Counted from the first letter of the stretch, positions 10,150 through 22,820 are shown. The stretch: 29,455 bases of DNA from Octopus sinensis (GCF_006345805.1 NW_021836566.1:1-29455); one strand, 5' to 3'. Made by a program: numbers and translations. The notes: generated from the letters alone by a model not told the origin.

Positions 10150-10600
10150 GCTTCCATAGGTTTAGTCTCAGGGCTTCCATGAAAACTAGAAGAAATATTT
10201 TCATCGAGTACATTCTGCAAGTGATGAAGTACGGCCGTGAAACATGGGCTGTCAACCCTACCATTGTGAATGCCCTCATTGTAGCTCTACAGAAAATAGT
10301 ATGAATCTTGCTCGACATCTCATTGCGAGACAAGAAAACCATCTTCTGGATTCGACTACTCACGATAGTCAACGACATCATAAGAACCATCAAGGGGACC
10401 GGATACAGATGCGTTGACGACATCGCATGACTGAAGGACAACAGATGGACAATAAGGGTGGTGGAATGGAGAAAAACACAATCGACAAGATCAAGAGGCT
10501 GATCAAAGTCAAGATGGTGAGATGATTTCGCAGCGGTGGAAAGTGTCCAGGGAGGGTTCCTCCTTCAGAGATGATAAAGGCGTGGATTAGGATGAAGATA
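10150..10600 (+). mobile_element. RTE-clade LINE, 3' end of ORF (pseudogenised)
   Basis: One frame from 10179: MKTRRNIFIEYILQVMKYGRETWAV...IV*ILLDISLRDKKTIFWIRLLTIVNDIIRTIK...DIA*LKDNRWTIRVVEWR...RSRG*SKSRW*DD. This matches the RTE post-RT pattern YG.ETW / ISLRD / D.RWT..V.EW / RGRP..RW.DD. Confidence 0.88.
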
Positions 10601-10619
10601 TATCGATCTAGAGAACTAT

Positions 10620-10814
10620 TTTGCTATTATCTATCTATCGATCTATCTATCTAGCTAGCTAGCTTGCTAGCGAGCTTGCGATATATATATATATATATAT
10701 ACATACCTATCTATTTGTCTCTATTTATCTGTAATTCTTACGCTCTCTCTATATGCATATATTTGCATGCTCGTATGCATATAAACACAGTAAGATAGAT
10801 AGTTAGATAGACAG

Positions 10815-10869
<55 letters not shown>

Positions 10870-10910
10870 GAGATAGATAGATAGATAGATAGATAGAGAG
10901 ATAGATAGAG

Positions 10911-10978
<68 letters not shown>

Positions 10979-11002
10979 TGATAGATAGATAGATAGATAG
11001 AC

Positions 11003-11067
<65 letters not shown>

Positions 11068-11070
11068 TCA
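10620..11070. repeat. (AGCT)/(TA)/(AGAT)n microsatellite
   Basis: Read directly from the sequence. Confidence 0.97.
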
Positions 11071-11679
11071 GGGAATCTTTAGATGTTAGAGATATCTAAT
11101 TCCACTTTGCAAGCATGTATGTCTGTGTACGTGTTCGGGTGTAGTTATGTCCACATACACGTATGTGTGCATCTATGTGTATACATATACATATATAGAT
11201 ATACCAATATACATACATGCATTACATACATACGCATACATACATGCCTACATACATTCATACATACGTACATATGTACATACACGCACATACATACATG
11301 GATGCATACATACATATATACATACATACACATAGGTATCTCGAAGGGTCCTAAATGGAGGGACATTTCCAATAGAATCACATTAAATAGGGGGAAAATT
11401 GGATACCAAATTGGCGGGAAATAAAATCTTTCTACACCCAGCTTCCCCACTCCAACCTCCTTTCCACTTTTCCTCACACCACTCCTCTTCATCTCCTAAT
11501 AACTTTCTCCTCTCACTACACCTCTTCCTTGCTTCCCGCATCTCTCTCGTTCGGTCATTGGAGGTGCAGAATCAAGCGAGCTGCCTGCTGTCTCAATGAT
11601 TTTACTAGTGGTTGTACTAGATTGAATGCGGTGGTACGGAAAGGGGGAAGGCTGAGAAAATTGCCTAAGATATTTGTTA

Positions 11680-11859
11680 GAATTGTTTTTAGAAGAATTT
11701 TTTTTTATTTTTCTTTACCAATTCTTTATTTTGTCTTCTTATTTTTATTCTTCTTATTTTTTTTATATTATTTTATTGTAATTATTTATAGTTTGTTCTT
11801 GTTATCAATACTGCTCTACTAACACTTATAGTTGTTGTTGCTCCCGTTTTTGTTGTTGT

Positions 11860-11891
<32 letters not shown>

Positions 11892-12067
11892 CTTGTTGAT
11901 ACGGTTCTTCTTGTAACAATCGACGTTGTTTTTCTTGTTATTGTGGTTGGTGTTGATTAGTTTTTGTTCTTTTCTTCTTGTAATTGTTGTTGTTGTTGCT
12001 GCAGTTGTTTTTGTCCTATTTCGTCTTGTTGTTGTCCTCATTTCTTGTTGTTCTTGTGATTATTATT

Positions 12068-12144
<77 letters not shown>

Positions 12145-12610
12145 GCTGTTGTCGGTGGTGGTCGTGACGGTGGCGTTCGTACTTTGTTTTTCAAGATTGT
12201 GATGGTGATGATGATGATAATGATGATGATGATGATGATGAGGAGGAGGAGGAGGAGGATGGTAATGATGAAGATGGTAATGATGATGATGATGATGATG
12301 ATAATGATGATGATGATGATGACAACGATGATAAGGGTAATGATGATGTTTAAGTTGATGATGATGATGACGTTGACGACAATGACGATAACGATGATGT
12401 TTATGATGATGATGATGATGACGGCGACGACGACGATGATGATGATGACGACGACGATGATGATGATGATGATGATGACCACGATGGTGATGAGGATTAT
12501 GTTGATGATGATGACGACGATGATGTTATCATTCTTGTTATTCGTTCGTACCATTACATTTTATTTTTATTTTATTTTATTTTATTTTATTTTATTTTAT
12601 TCGTTTATTT
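11680..12610. repeat. Compound (GTT)n/(ATT)n/(GAT)n/(TTTTA)n microsatellite
   Basis: Read directly from the sequence. Confidence 0.96.
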
Positions 12611-12919
12611 ATTTTCTTCGAAGACATTTTATATGAGCGCAAAGAGTTGCAAAGAAGAAAAAAAAACGAAAAGAAAGAAAAGAAAAAGAAAAAAAAGAAG
12701 CAGCAAATACAATGTTGGTCACAGAAAATGAAGCATTTCACAGGATGTGGAGGAAATGGAGGTTCGCTGCGTTAATCAGAGTGATATGAATAAGGAAGAA
12801 AAGAATGGAAAAAGGAACAAAAAAGAGAGATGGAGAGGAGAAAAAAAATGTGATGGATTGAAAGAGTGGCGGTAGGTGGCGGTAGATGCTGAGATGGTTC
12901 GCTGTTAGAAGATGCATAC

Positions 12920-12931
12920 TTCTACACACAC

Positions 12932-12962
<31 letters not shown>

Positions 12963-13192
12963 TAAACACACACACCACACACACATACACACATAAACAC
13001 ACACACACACATAAACACACACACATACACACATATATACATACAAACACACACACAAGCACATATATGTATTATGTATATGTATACATAATTGTATGTA
13101 TATATATGTGTGTGTATATGTATATATATGTGTGTGTATATATATATATACATATATATATATGTATGTATATGTACATATATATGTATGTA

Positions 13193-13227
<35 letters not shown>

Positions 13228-13641
13228 GATAGATAAATAGATAGATATATGTATATGAATATATATGTGTATATGTATATATGTATGTGTATATATGCAT
13301 ATATATATATACATGTATATACATACATATGTATATACATGTGCATATACATATATGTGTGTGTGTATGAAAAATACAATATATGTGTGTATGTGTCTGT
13401 GTGGCACGAAATTATCGGTGTTTTTTTTTTTTTTGTTAGTGGATTCCTTGGTTCATTCGATTCTCATTTGACATCCAGCCCGCGCATGGCCACCACCACC
13501 ACCAACACCACTACCTCTACCACAAGGTCCTTCCAAGACATCATCGTAGTTTTTCAACCTCATCATCATCATCACCACCATTACCATCATCGTCTACAGT
13601 CTCCTCCTTCTCCTCACCATCACCACCATCACCTCCATCAC

Positions 13642-13688
<47 letters not shown>

Positions 13689-13870
13689 CATCATCATCGT
13701 CGTCGTCGTCGTCGTCAATGACTCTTTTGGTCCAGTACTGCGATTCTCAGTATCTACATTCCTCCTCTATCTCCCTCTCTTTCCTCTCTCTCTCACCCTC
13801 TATTCCTTTTCTTTCTCTCCCACTCATTCTCTTCCCCACCCCGCCTCTCTCTCTCTCTCTCTCACACACA
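12920..13870. repeat. (CA)n/(TA)n, then (CAC)n/(CAT)n/(CGT)n and (CT)n tracts
   Basis: Read directly from the sequence. Confidence 0.93.
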
Positions 13871-14199
13871 CACCACACACATATTTCCAAATATTTAGAA
13901 AAATCTGGCTCGTGTATAATATTTCCAATTCTGACATCGATGTCATCCTTATTTATGAATGCAAAGACTCCAGCATTATTCTATGGCAATTGTTTCTGAC
14001 TTAAGAAAGATAGAAATAACGTTTAGATAGAAGCATAAGCAGTTACGGTGGGACGGGAATTGCGGACGTAGTCGCTTTATATATCCTACACACAATTTTT
14101 AGATTTTCCATAGAATTTAGCGTCGAAGATTCAAATTCAGGAACCAATGATCGATATTCAGAAAATGAGAAACGAACACAAACTCCACTACTTCAAGCA

Positions 14200-15021
14200 T
14201 ATTGTAGGAAAATCTTCGGCCTCGGATATAATTTACACGAAATGATGCGTTTGTATGGATCAAGTTCCTTCTCAGCGGGAAAAAGAAAGCTAAGGTCCAA
14301 AAGTTGCAAAGCCTGAATTATAAGATTTTGCATATCCTCCCTATTCCCCTGATATCTTTCCTTACTGACCATCACTTATTTAAGCATTCTGAGCTTTTCA
14401 TAAGCAATAAAACATTCTTAAATTGGATTGGAAGCACTCCGTCGGTTACGACGACGAGGGTTCCGGTTGATCCGAATCAACGGAACAGCCTGCTCATGAA
14501 ATTAACGTGTAAGTGGCTGAGCACTCCACAGACACGTGTACCCTTAACGTAGTTCTCGGGATATTCAGCGTGACACAGAGAGTGACAAGGCCGGCCCTTT
14601 GAAATAGGTACAACAGAAACAGGAAGTAAGAGTGAGAGAAAGTTTGTGGTGAAAGAGTACAGCAGGGATCACCACCATCCGCTGCCGGAGCCTCGTGGAG
14701 CTTTAGTGTTTTCGCTCAATACACTCACAAACGCCCGTCTGGGAATCGAAACCGCGATCCTATGACCACGAGTCCGCTGCCCTAACCACTGGCCATTGCG
14801 CCTCCAACATTCTTAGAGAAGCGGTAATTGAAGTATTCGGACAGTTTATCACAGCAAAAGATGAATGTCTTTTCTAAAGATGGAACATACGACATGGAAA
14901 CGTTGGGTGTAAACATCATAAATGAACATGGATCATACTTTAAATAAATCAGTTCTCTAACACGTCTGAAACATTTTATATTTTACCTTTCAAATACGAC
15001 ATTTCCTGTGAAACAACCTAA
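14200..15021 (+). mobile_element. Mariner (DD34D-type) transposon 3' remnant with right TIR, split by a SINE
   Basis: VQKLQSLNYKILH / YPPYSPDI / TDHHLFKH.ELFISNKTF (14295-14420), then EAVIEVFGQFITAKD and FSKDG...INEHGSYFK* (14818-14947). The end ...gaaacaacctaa+TA (15021-15023) resembles the Hsmar-type TIR end CACCAACCTAA. Confidence 0.85.
14421..14805 (-). mobile_element. Full-length tRNA-derived SINE of a second family, with TSD
   Basis: Minus-strand head GGAGGCGCAATGGCCAGTGGTTAGGGCAGCGGACTCGTGGTCATAGGATCGCGGTTTCGATTCCC has A and B boxes. TSD AACATTCTTA at 14411-14420 and 14806-14815. Confidence 0.92.
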
Positions 15022-15076
15022 TACATACATACATACACTACATACATACATACATACTACATACATACATACATAC

Positions 15077-15109
<33 letters not shown>

Positions 15110-15122
15110 ATTAATATATATA

Positions 15123-15168
<46 letters not shown>

Positions 15169-15302
15169 CATACATATACATATATTATTTTGTGTGTGTA
15201 ATAAGTCATTAAAATTTAGATTCAGATGAATATGGTACTTAAGTTAAATGCACCAGAATTTAGCATGGTATTATCCATATAATTCAAGATGGGGAGATTG
15301 TA

Positions 15303-15441
15303 ATCAAAATAACAGCAAGGAGATCCAGAGGTAATGCAGTACGATCGTTTCATGCGACTCCGTTTAATTGAACAATGCAAACATTACATCAATTTAAAAT
15401 GTAGAGCATTGCCTCTGGATATCCTTGTTGCTTATTTTGAT
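15303..15441. mobile_element. 139-bp fold-back element / MITE with ~35-bp terminal inverted repeats
   Basis: ATCAAAATAACAGCAAGGAGATCCAGAGGTAATGC (15303-15337) vs the reverse complement of 15406-15441 (ATCAAAATAAGCAACAAGGATATCCAGAGGCAATGC). The right flank is (TA)n. Confidence 0.8.
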
Positions 15442-15632
15442 ATATATATATATATAGTATAATATATTAATTAATTTTATTTCTATGTATTGGTTTATGT
15501 TTTTCACTGTTTGATTTGCCTAATAGTGGTTTTATCTCTAATTTAATATAATATATATATATTTATACTATAAATTTAGATTTAATTCTAAAGCTAATTT
15601 TTCCCTGTAAGTTTGGATTTACTCCTTAATAT

Positions 15633-15664
<32 letters not shown>

Positions 15665-15667
15665 ACA

Positions 15668-15783
15668 AGTTTCCGTCAACCAAATCCACTCACAAAGCTT
15701 TGGTTGGCTCGAAGCTTTAGCAGAAGACACTTGCCCAAGGTGTCCTGCAGTGGGACTGAACCCGGAATCATGTGGCTGGGAAG
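15668..15783 (-). mobile_element. SINE 5'-half fragment
   Basis: Matches 6318-6430 (agtttccgtc.accaaatccact...gaagacacttgcccaaggtg...cagtgggactgaaccc). Confidence 0.88.
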
Positions 15784-15784
15784 A

Positions 15785-16548
15785 TTTTTTTTCTTAAGAA
15801 TGTTCTCAGTTTTGTTCTCAGGAACAGGTGCCCTCTCCAATCCCTTCTCTCTAACTCGCCGGTCTACACCTAGAGAGGTACTCTTGCCATTTTCGCAACT
15901 TTCACCCATCTTTCAATAAACTCACTCGAGGGCAGCACTTTCCTCTCCGCTCTCAATTCCCTTTCCAAGGGAAACTTGAAGGAGTCAATGAGATCCTTAC
16001 CAAAGAGGAATGTATCGGTCCTCATGCCTTTCAGCCTTGTCCATCAAACAACCTCTTTCACCACAGCCACCAGGTAAAGGAAAACTGCCTTGCCTGCCTG
16101 ATTGAAGGAGGACAGCAGTGCGATCATCACTACGGATTCGGCCAACAGACAGATCCGTCCCACACGTGAGAGCAGCTGTTCGACACAACCGCACAAATCA
16201 GCAATTACCGGAATCTGAACGAGTGCGGGCAGAACGCTTTCGTTACTCTACGCAAATCTCGGACAAGCCCGTCTGATAGCACATCCGGTAGCACATTCCC
16301 CGGTAGCACTGCCAGGCCAAGGACATCTCTTTTACTCTTTTATTCTTTTACTTGTTTCAGTCATTTAACTGTGGCCATGCTGAAGCACCGCCTTTAGTCG
16401 AGCAAATCGACCCCAGGACTTATTCTTTGTAAGCCTAGTACTTATTCTATCGGTTCCTTTTTGCCGAACGGCTAAGTTCCGGGGACGTAAACACACCAGC
16501 ATCGGTTGTCAAGCGATGTGGAGGGGGGACAAACGCAGACACACACAC

Positions 16549-16591
<43 letters not shown>

Positions 16592-16912
16592 TACATATGT
16601 ACATATATACGACGGGCTTCTTTCAGGTTCCGTCTACCAAATCCACTGACAAGGCTTTGGTCGGCCCGAGGCCATAGTAGAAGAGACTTGCAGTGGGACT
16701 GAATCTGGAACCATGTGGTTCGTAAGCATGCTACTTACCACACAGCTACTCCGACGCCTATATCTGGAAATTAACCATGATAGTTCCCGACCGGAAAGTC
16801 CTCCGGAACAGACTAGCCAGTTTGTTCTCGTCGGCGCCCAGAGTTTCCCCAAGAACGTCGTTGCACTTCCCCACCACTAATCCTCTATAAATTTCTAAAG
16901 CGGAGCATCTAC
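15785..16912 (-). mobile_element. L1/Tx1-type LINE ORF2 C-terminal remnant, split by a SINE
   Basis: Minus translation: GRCSALEIYRGLVVGKCNDVLGETLGADENKLASLFRRTF...NFQ | MSLAWQCYRG ... ACPRFA*SNESVLPALVQI (degenerate CxxC..ESxxH..C knuckle) ...VKEVV*WTRLKG...ERWVKVAKMARVPL* (stop at 15870-15872). Confidence 0.75.
16329..16759 (-). mobile_element. Near-full-length SINE (same family as 6072-6465) inserted in the LINE
   Basis: Colinear with 6072-6465. TSD-like ACATCT (16323-16328) / ATATCT (16760-16765). Confidence 0.92.
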
Positions 16913-16914
16913 CG

Positions 16915-16935
16915 ATAACAATGATAATAATAATA

Positions 16936-17006
<71 letters not shown>

Positions 17007-17062
17007 ATGATGATGATGATGATTATGATGATGATGATGATTATGATGATGATGATGATGAC
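16915..17062. repeat. (TAA)n then (TGA)n microsatellite
   Basis: Read directly from the sequence. Confidence 0.97.
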
Positions 17063-17879
17063 GTACCTATACAGAGAGTACATGCGGGACGAACTTTTGA
17101 ATACAAAACGGAACAAAACGTAATGACTCCGATATATGCAACTAAAACTTATCAGATTAGACGGATCATATGAGTACTACAGCAAGAATTTACCGTTTGT
17201 GCGGCATTCACACGAAAAAAATAAAACTAAAATCTTGGTCATGCAAACAAAAATGAAATTCACGTTTAAATACAAATGCAAAAAGATGAACCGACATTGC
17301 TCTACCACTATACAAAAAGTATTTTTAAAAAACCGATCAATTATGATGAGTGATAAACTGACCATTAATGAAACCAATACTTGCTTGACCACTATGTAAG
17401 AAGAATCTTATGGCGTGAGTTTATTACGATTAGTGTAAGATAAGACCATCGTAACGCGGTCAAGAGCGCAGACGTCTGAAGGCATCACTTGACCCGTCTG
17501 TTAATGTCAGTGTCCGAAATGTATAAAAGCTAAAAGAAACTGTTGAACCAATTAATATTATATTTATATAACAGACAAATACCATACAACATAAATTCTT
17601 GATTTATTTAAATTATCTCTCCCTGTAGAGGACGGGGAGATAATTATCAATTAAGACTAACTCCATATGACAAGGCGAGATAATCTCAAAAGTCAATACT
17701 TCTCCAAAGATGACATACCGCTGAGGAAAAAGACGAGCCAGGGAACAGTCGTTGACACGTGTTGCTGGTGCAGGAGTACGACAATTTCCAATCTTATCTC
17801 CAGAAACCAAGTGCAAAAAGGAGTAGAACACATTTATGGTGTAGGCTATTTACATTTAGGTTACGTACTTTCGATACAG

Positions 17880-18460
17880 CAACTTTATATCTAACGCGAA
17901 GAAACGTTATGAAAGACACTTATGAGTTACGGAAACCAAAAAAAGAGAAAGCAAATTGAGGGAAATATTACATCAAATATACTATGAAAATGCGAAGATG
18001 CATAATTATAAATATCAAATTTCCAGAAGTGAAAATACAGCGACTTATAGACAGAAAATGCTCAGAGGATATATTCAAACTAAACTGCAAGGCTATATCC
18101 GATGTGCGAAACATTATAGAAGAAGACATACTAGTTACAAAGTGAGAAAAATATTACAGTAAATACATTCGCGAATGTACGGAGATTCATAATTAAACAT
18201 ATCAAATTTGGAAATGCTGAAGTGTAATGATTTAGAGACAGAAAATGCACTGAAAGTAAATCAAAATAGCAACGTTGTATACAGCACGCAGAACCATTAT
18301 GAAGAAAAAAGACATATGAGTTACGGAGACAAACAGTGTGGAAAATATTACAGCAAACATATTCACGAAGGAACTGTGACTTATAATTTAAAAATTAAAT
18401 TTTGAAAAGTTGAAATATAACAACTCATAGACAGAATACGCTCTGAAAATAAACAAAGCC
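17880..18460. repeat. Three diverged tandem copies of a ~180-210 bp AT-rich unit
   Basis: Units start at ~17880, 18088 and 18270. Shared blocks: gaa(a/c)c(g/a)ttat, gaca...agttac, aaatattaca, ataatt, aaattt, agacagaa.a.gc.c. Confidence 0.75.
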
Positions 18461-18499
18461 TTGGATTACACAACCAAATGATTAAATGAACCGCAACAA

Positions 18500-18897
18500 A
18501 CAAACGCTTCACAATGGAAGTTGCCACATTCAGAACACATACGACTTCGCTGACAACCGAAATTGCGAGGATGATCCGGTTCTTGACTGAAGATTAGAGG
18601 CTTCGAATGACCCGTCCGTGTTTTTTGTATCGTCTATTTGGATGTTTTGCGTTCTTGTCTCATTTTGTATTTGATATATATATATCTAAATGTGACTGCG
18701 TGTGTAACCGTTGGCGATTTTTTTCCTCTGTCTTCCCTTCTCTGGATCTTTCCTTCTCCTATGTTTCCGACGAAGAGCTCCGCTCGAAACGTTAAAACCC
18801 TCTTTTCTTCCTTCTTCCTGAGCGTCCAATAATACTATATTTTTTCCACGTCCTCGCGTTGTTGTGTTTTTTTATGTTTTCTTTGTTTGGATTAACT
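18500..18897 (+). mobile_element. Probable PLE terminal-repeat region (lineage C) containing a hammerhead-like motif
   Basis: Contains the motif at 18763-18798. The downstream segment (cctgagcgtccaataatac...cacgtcctc..gttgttg) aligns with the downstream segments of lineages A and B. The left boundary is uncertain. Confidence 0.55.
18763..18798 (+). ncRNA. Minimal type-I hammerhead-ribozyme-like motif, lineage C
   Basis: GUUU-CCGACGA-A-GAGC-UCC-GCUC-GAAAC-GUU-A-AAAC. Stem II is the same as in lineage B with a different loop. Possible helix I is GUUU/AAAC. Confidence 0.6.
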
Positions 18898-18934
18898 TTA
18901 TATATATATATATATAATATATATATATATATAG

Positions 18935-18981
<47 letters not shown>

Positions 18982-19477
18982 AGAGCGGCGTACGTTACCA
19001 CTTTGTCCTCAACCAAATATACATCCTAACAACAAACGATAAAATCACAACAGAATATACACAGGAGGATCTAAGAGAAATATATATGAGAACATTACTG
19101 GTAACATAAGGTGGAGAGGAAGAATGATGCCAGGAAGAAGGAGATGAGGTGAGATGTGAGGAGATGCATGGAGATATAGTGGAACGCTGAAAGAGTTGTG
19201 GGGAAATTATAGAGAGATTTGTGGAAACAAGCGAAGAAAGTTGTGGGTAAAGACGGAGTGTGAAATGGGTGATGGGATATTTGTTTTATATAGGCCAATG
19301 TGGCTGGTATCCAATATCAGGAAGATTGGTGTCTCTAAGGTTCTGTTTAAACCATTGCAATTTGATGAAACCTGCAGCAATGCGATGATCGGAAGGAGAG
19401 ATTCCGGTGGGAGGGGGTCAATGTTTTGAGGAAGAAGGACTCGTTGTAGTGGTTTGTAAAGTGCGTGGGATATGGAC

Positions 19478-19880
19478 AGAAGAAGAAGAAGAAGAAGAAG
19501 AAAGAAGAAAGCAAGAAAGAAGAAGAAGAATAGAAGAAAGAAGAAGAAGAAAGAAGAAGAAGAAGAAGAAGAAGAAGAAGAAGAAGAAGAAGAAAGAAAG
19601 GAAGAAGAAAAGACGAAGAAGAAGAAGAGAGAAAGACGAAGAAGAAGAAGGGGAAAGAGAGGGGCAGAGAAGGAGAATACGAGGGGAAAGAGAGGAGGAA
19701 GAAGAGAAGAAGAAGAAGAGGAAGAAGGAAGAAGAGGAGGAAGAAGAAGAGGAAGAAGAAGAGGAAGAAGAAGAGGAAGAAGAAGAGGAAGAAGAAGAGG
19801 AAGAAGAAGAGGAAGAAGAAGAGGAAGAAGAAGAGGAAGATGAGCATGAGCATCACGATGAAGAACGCGATGAAGAGGAA
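19478..19880. repeat. (GAA)n and 9-bp (GAAGAAGAG)n purine tract
   Basis: Read directly; it explains the poly-E/R/K and poly-F ORFs. Confidence 0.97.
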
Positions 19881-20199
19881 GTAGAGTGTGTCAGAAGTGC
19901 GTGAGCAGGTAAGGTGAGTTGTGGGATTGTGGGTAGAGGTAAGTTGAGATAAAGGTGGGAAGGGGGGGATATAGGGGTTTGTTGTAACAATATAGGTCAC
20001 GCGGGATAGGGTGCATTTGAGAGATGTGGGAAGAGGTCCAGTGTAAGAAGGGTAACGGTGTGATATGGGAGGTGGGAGGAAAAAGAGACGTGATGAGTGG
20101 TAGGAAGAGAGTGATTACATAGGTGGGTGGAGGATGGCGAGGGATGTGAAAATAAAGACGAAAGGGATAATGGCAGGAAGAGTAGGTGAATATGGGTGG

Positions 20200-20514
20200 T
20201 AGTGAGAGGTGGAGAAAAAGGAGGTGAGTTCCACAAGAGGGGCATGTCTGACGGAAATGAGAAAGGGAGAGGGGAAATAGAAGGGAGAAGTAAGGAAAAG
20301 AAAGACAAAGAACAAGGGAGAGAAAGGGAGAGAAAAAGAGGGAGAGAGAGAAAAAACGAAAGAGACAGATTAAACGATAAAGTGAAACCGATCAAAAAGT
20401 GTGACAGAAAGATTAAAGGGATGAGGAAGGAGAATATTAGAGAGGGGGAGAGAAAAAGGAAGAGAGAGAGAGAGAGAGAGGTCCAGAGAGAGACAGAAAC
20501 AGAGACTGTCAGAC

Positions 20515-20550
<36 letters not shown>

Positions 20551-20958
20551 TAAGGGAGACAGAGTAAACTTGTTGAAGCGATATGACATTAGTACATTTT
20601 CATAGCCATTGTTTCGTATTCCATTCTTTTGATTGTTTTTTACCTGTTAATTCAAAACGATGATTGAAGTGAGCGTCTCTCTTACACACACACACACACA
20701 TATGCACACACACACACATATGACACACATATGCACACAAACACACACATGTCCATACATGCATTACAAAAACGCCTCCACAAACCTATATACTTGCATA
20801 CTTACATATATGCAGAAATATACATGCATTCCTAGATATACTTACCCTCAAACATGCAAACCAAATATGTGTGTATGTGTGTGTGTGTGTGTGTGTGTGC
20901 CGACAAACTGGCAGAAAACTGAATAAATGATAGATAGACAGAGAGTTAGATAGATAAT

Positions 20959-21028
<70 letters not shown>

Positions 21029-21170
21029 GCAGAGAGACAGACACACAAAGAGATAGACAGACAGGCAGACAGACAGAAAGACAGACAAACAGACAGGCAG
21101 GCAGACAGACAGACAGTAAGACAGACAGACAAGCAGACAGACAGACAGATAGACAGACAGACAGACAGAC

Positions 21171-21233
<63 letters not shown>

Positions 21234-21272
21234 CTAGATAGACAAATAGATAGATGATAGATAGATAGATAG

Positions 21273-21324
<52 letters not shown>

Positions 21325-21325
21325 C

Positions 21326-21397
<72 letters not shown>

Positions 21398-21960
21398 TGA
21401 TGTATGATGAATATTCGTCAAAACTGTTGCTTCCCTCCACTTCCTCAACAGATTAGAGTTATCAATTTCTAAAGTCACACAGACACACAAACACCCACAC
21501 AACCACCCCCGCCACACACACCATTCAGATGACGGTTATTTTATCATATTCTGAAATTATTTACATGTGCACATTTTCAACACATATACAGACACGTAAA
21601 TACCTAGATAAATACACGTACATATATATATATGTGTGTGTGTATGAATGTGTGCATGTTTGTATATATCATATATATGCATACACACATCCATATATAA
21701 ATATATATATATATAATATATATATATATTATATATATATATATTATATATATATATACATACATACATAATATCTATAATATATATATATACACATATA
21801 TATACATATATATAATATATGCATATATATATGCATATATATATATATATAGATATATATATATATACATATATATAAATATATAAATACATACATATAT
21901 ACATATTATATGCCACATATATATATATATACATTAATATATATATATATTAGTATATGG
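20200..21960. repeat. GA-rich, (CA)n, (AGAT)n/(ACAG)n and (TA)n simple repeats with short unique spacers
   Basis: Read directly from the sequence. Confidence 0.93.
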
Positions 21961-22474
21961 ATGTATGTGTGTATGCGTACGTTTGTGCATACATGCGTAT
22001 GTATATATATATGTGTGTATCTGTATTTGTTCGTGTGATTGTGTTGTTGCGACTTGAATGTGTGTGTTTTCTATCATCTTGTTCTTCGCCAGATTCGCAG
22101 ATTCCATTAGCATTGTGCCAAACAATACAAGACGACCATTATTATGTCCAATAATGATTAAAATACATGTTTACTCCATCTTATTCCATTTCGTTTCCAA
22201 CCACAACCTTCCCCGCTTTTTTCTCGAACACTCCGACCCAACTACCGTACACCTTTATTCCGTTCATCCGTTGTTCCGTTATTCTTTTATATTTTGTGGT
22301 AAATAGTTTTCTAGGTTTCTTTCTTTCTTCTTTCTTTCTTTCTTAATTGTTTTCTCATTTTGGCATGTTTTTTTTTTTCTTTTTTGTTTATGATTTCGTT
22401 TTGTTGTTTACGTGATAACTTGTTGGTTTTATTTATTTGTATATTTATTTATCTGTCTATTCTTTTATTCTTTT

Positions 22475-22690
22475 GCTTTTTTTCGGTCACTTGAAAGCGG
22501 CCGTGCTGCAGCACCGCCTATTAGTCGAATAAATTGATCCCCGGGACTTACTCTTTGTAAGCCTGGCAGGTTTTCTATCGGTCTCTTTTGTCGAAACGCT
22601 AAGTCACGGGGATGTAAGCACACCAGCACCTTTTGTCAAGCGATAGGGGAGGGAACAAATGCAGACACAAAAACACACACATAAAGACAT

Positions 22691-22722
<32 letters not shown>

Positions 22723-22748
22723 CACACACACACACACACCACACACAC

Positions 22749-22782
<34 letters not shown>

Positions 22783-22800
22783 TATATATATATATATATA
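22475..22800 (-). mobile_element. Diverged SINE 3' half ending in an expanded (CA)/(TA) spacer
   Basis: Colinear with 6085-6300 (gcaccgcct.ttagtcga..aa.t.ga.ccc...gactta.tctttgtaagcct...tgtcaagcgat). Confidence 0.85.
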
Positions 22801-22820
22801 TATGTATGTGGTATAGTAAT

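Noticed and set aside
13440-13720. His-rich coding exon after the T-rich acceptor at 13439
   Set aside because: Mostly CAC/CAT microsatellite, with no convincing donor and no recognisable protein.
14740-14805. Standalone tRNA genes (also at the heads of the SINEs near 6465 and 16759)
   Set aside because: A/B boxes continue into SINE bodies flanked by TSDs, and the cloverleafs are incomplete.
17613-18405. Possible second PLE RT/GIY-YIG (SYLQK, GYLHLGY, SNVVY)
   Set aside because: Matches are too short and in inconsistent frames, and SNVVY lies inside the 190-bp tandem repeat.
22095-22154. Small exon after ...ttcttcgccag
   Set aside because: Frames close quickly, there is no donor, and no homology was recognised.
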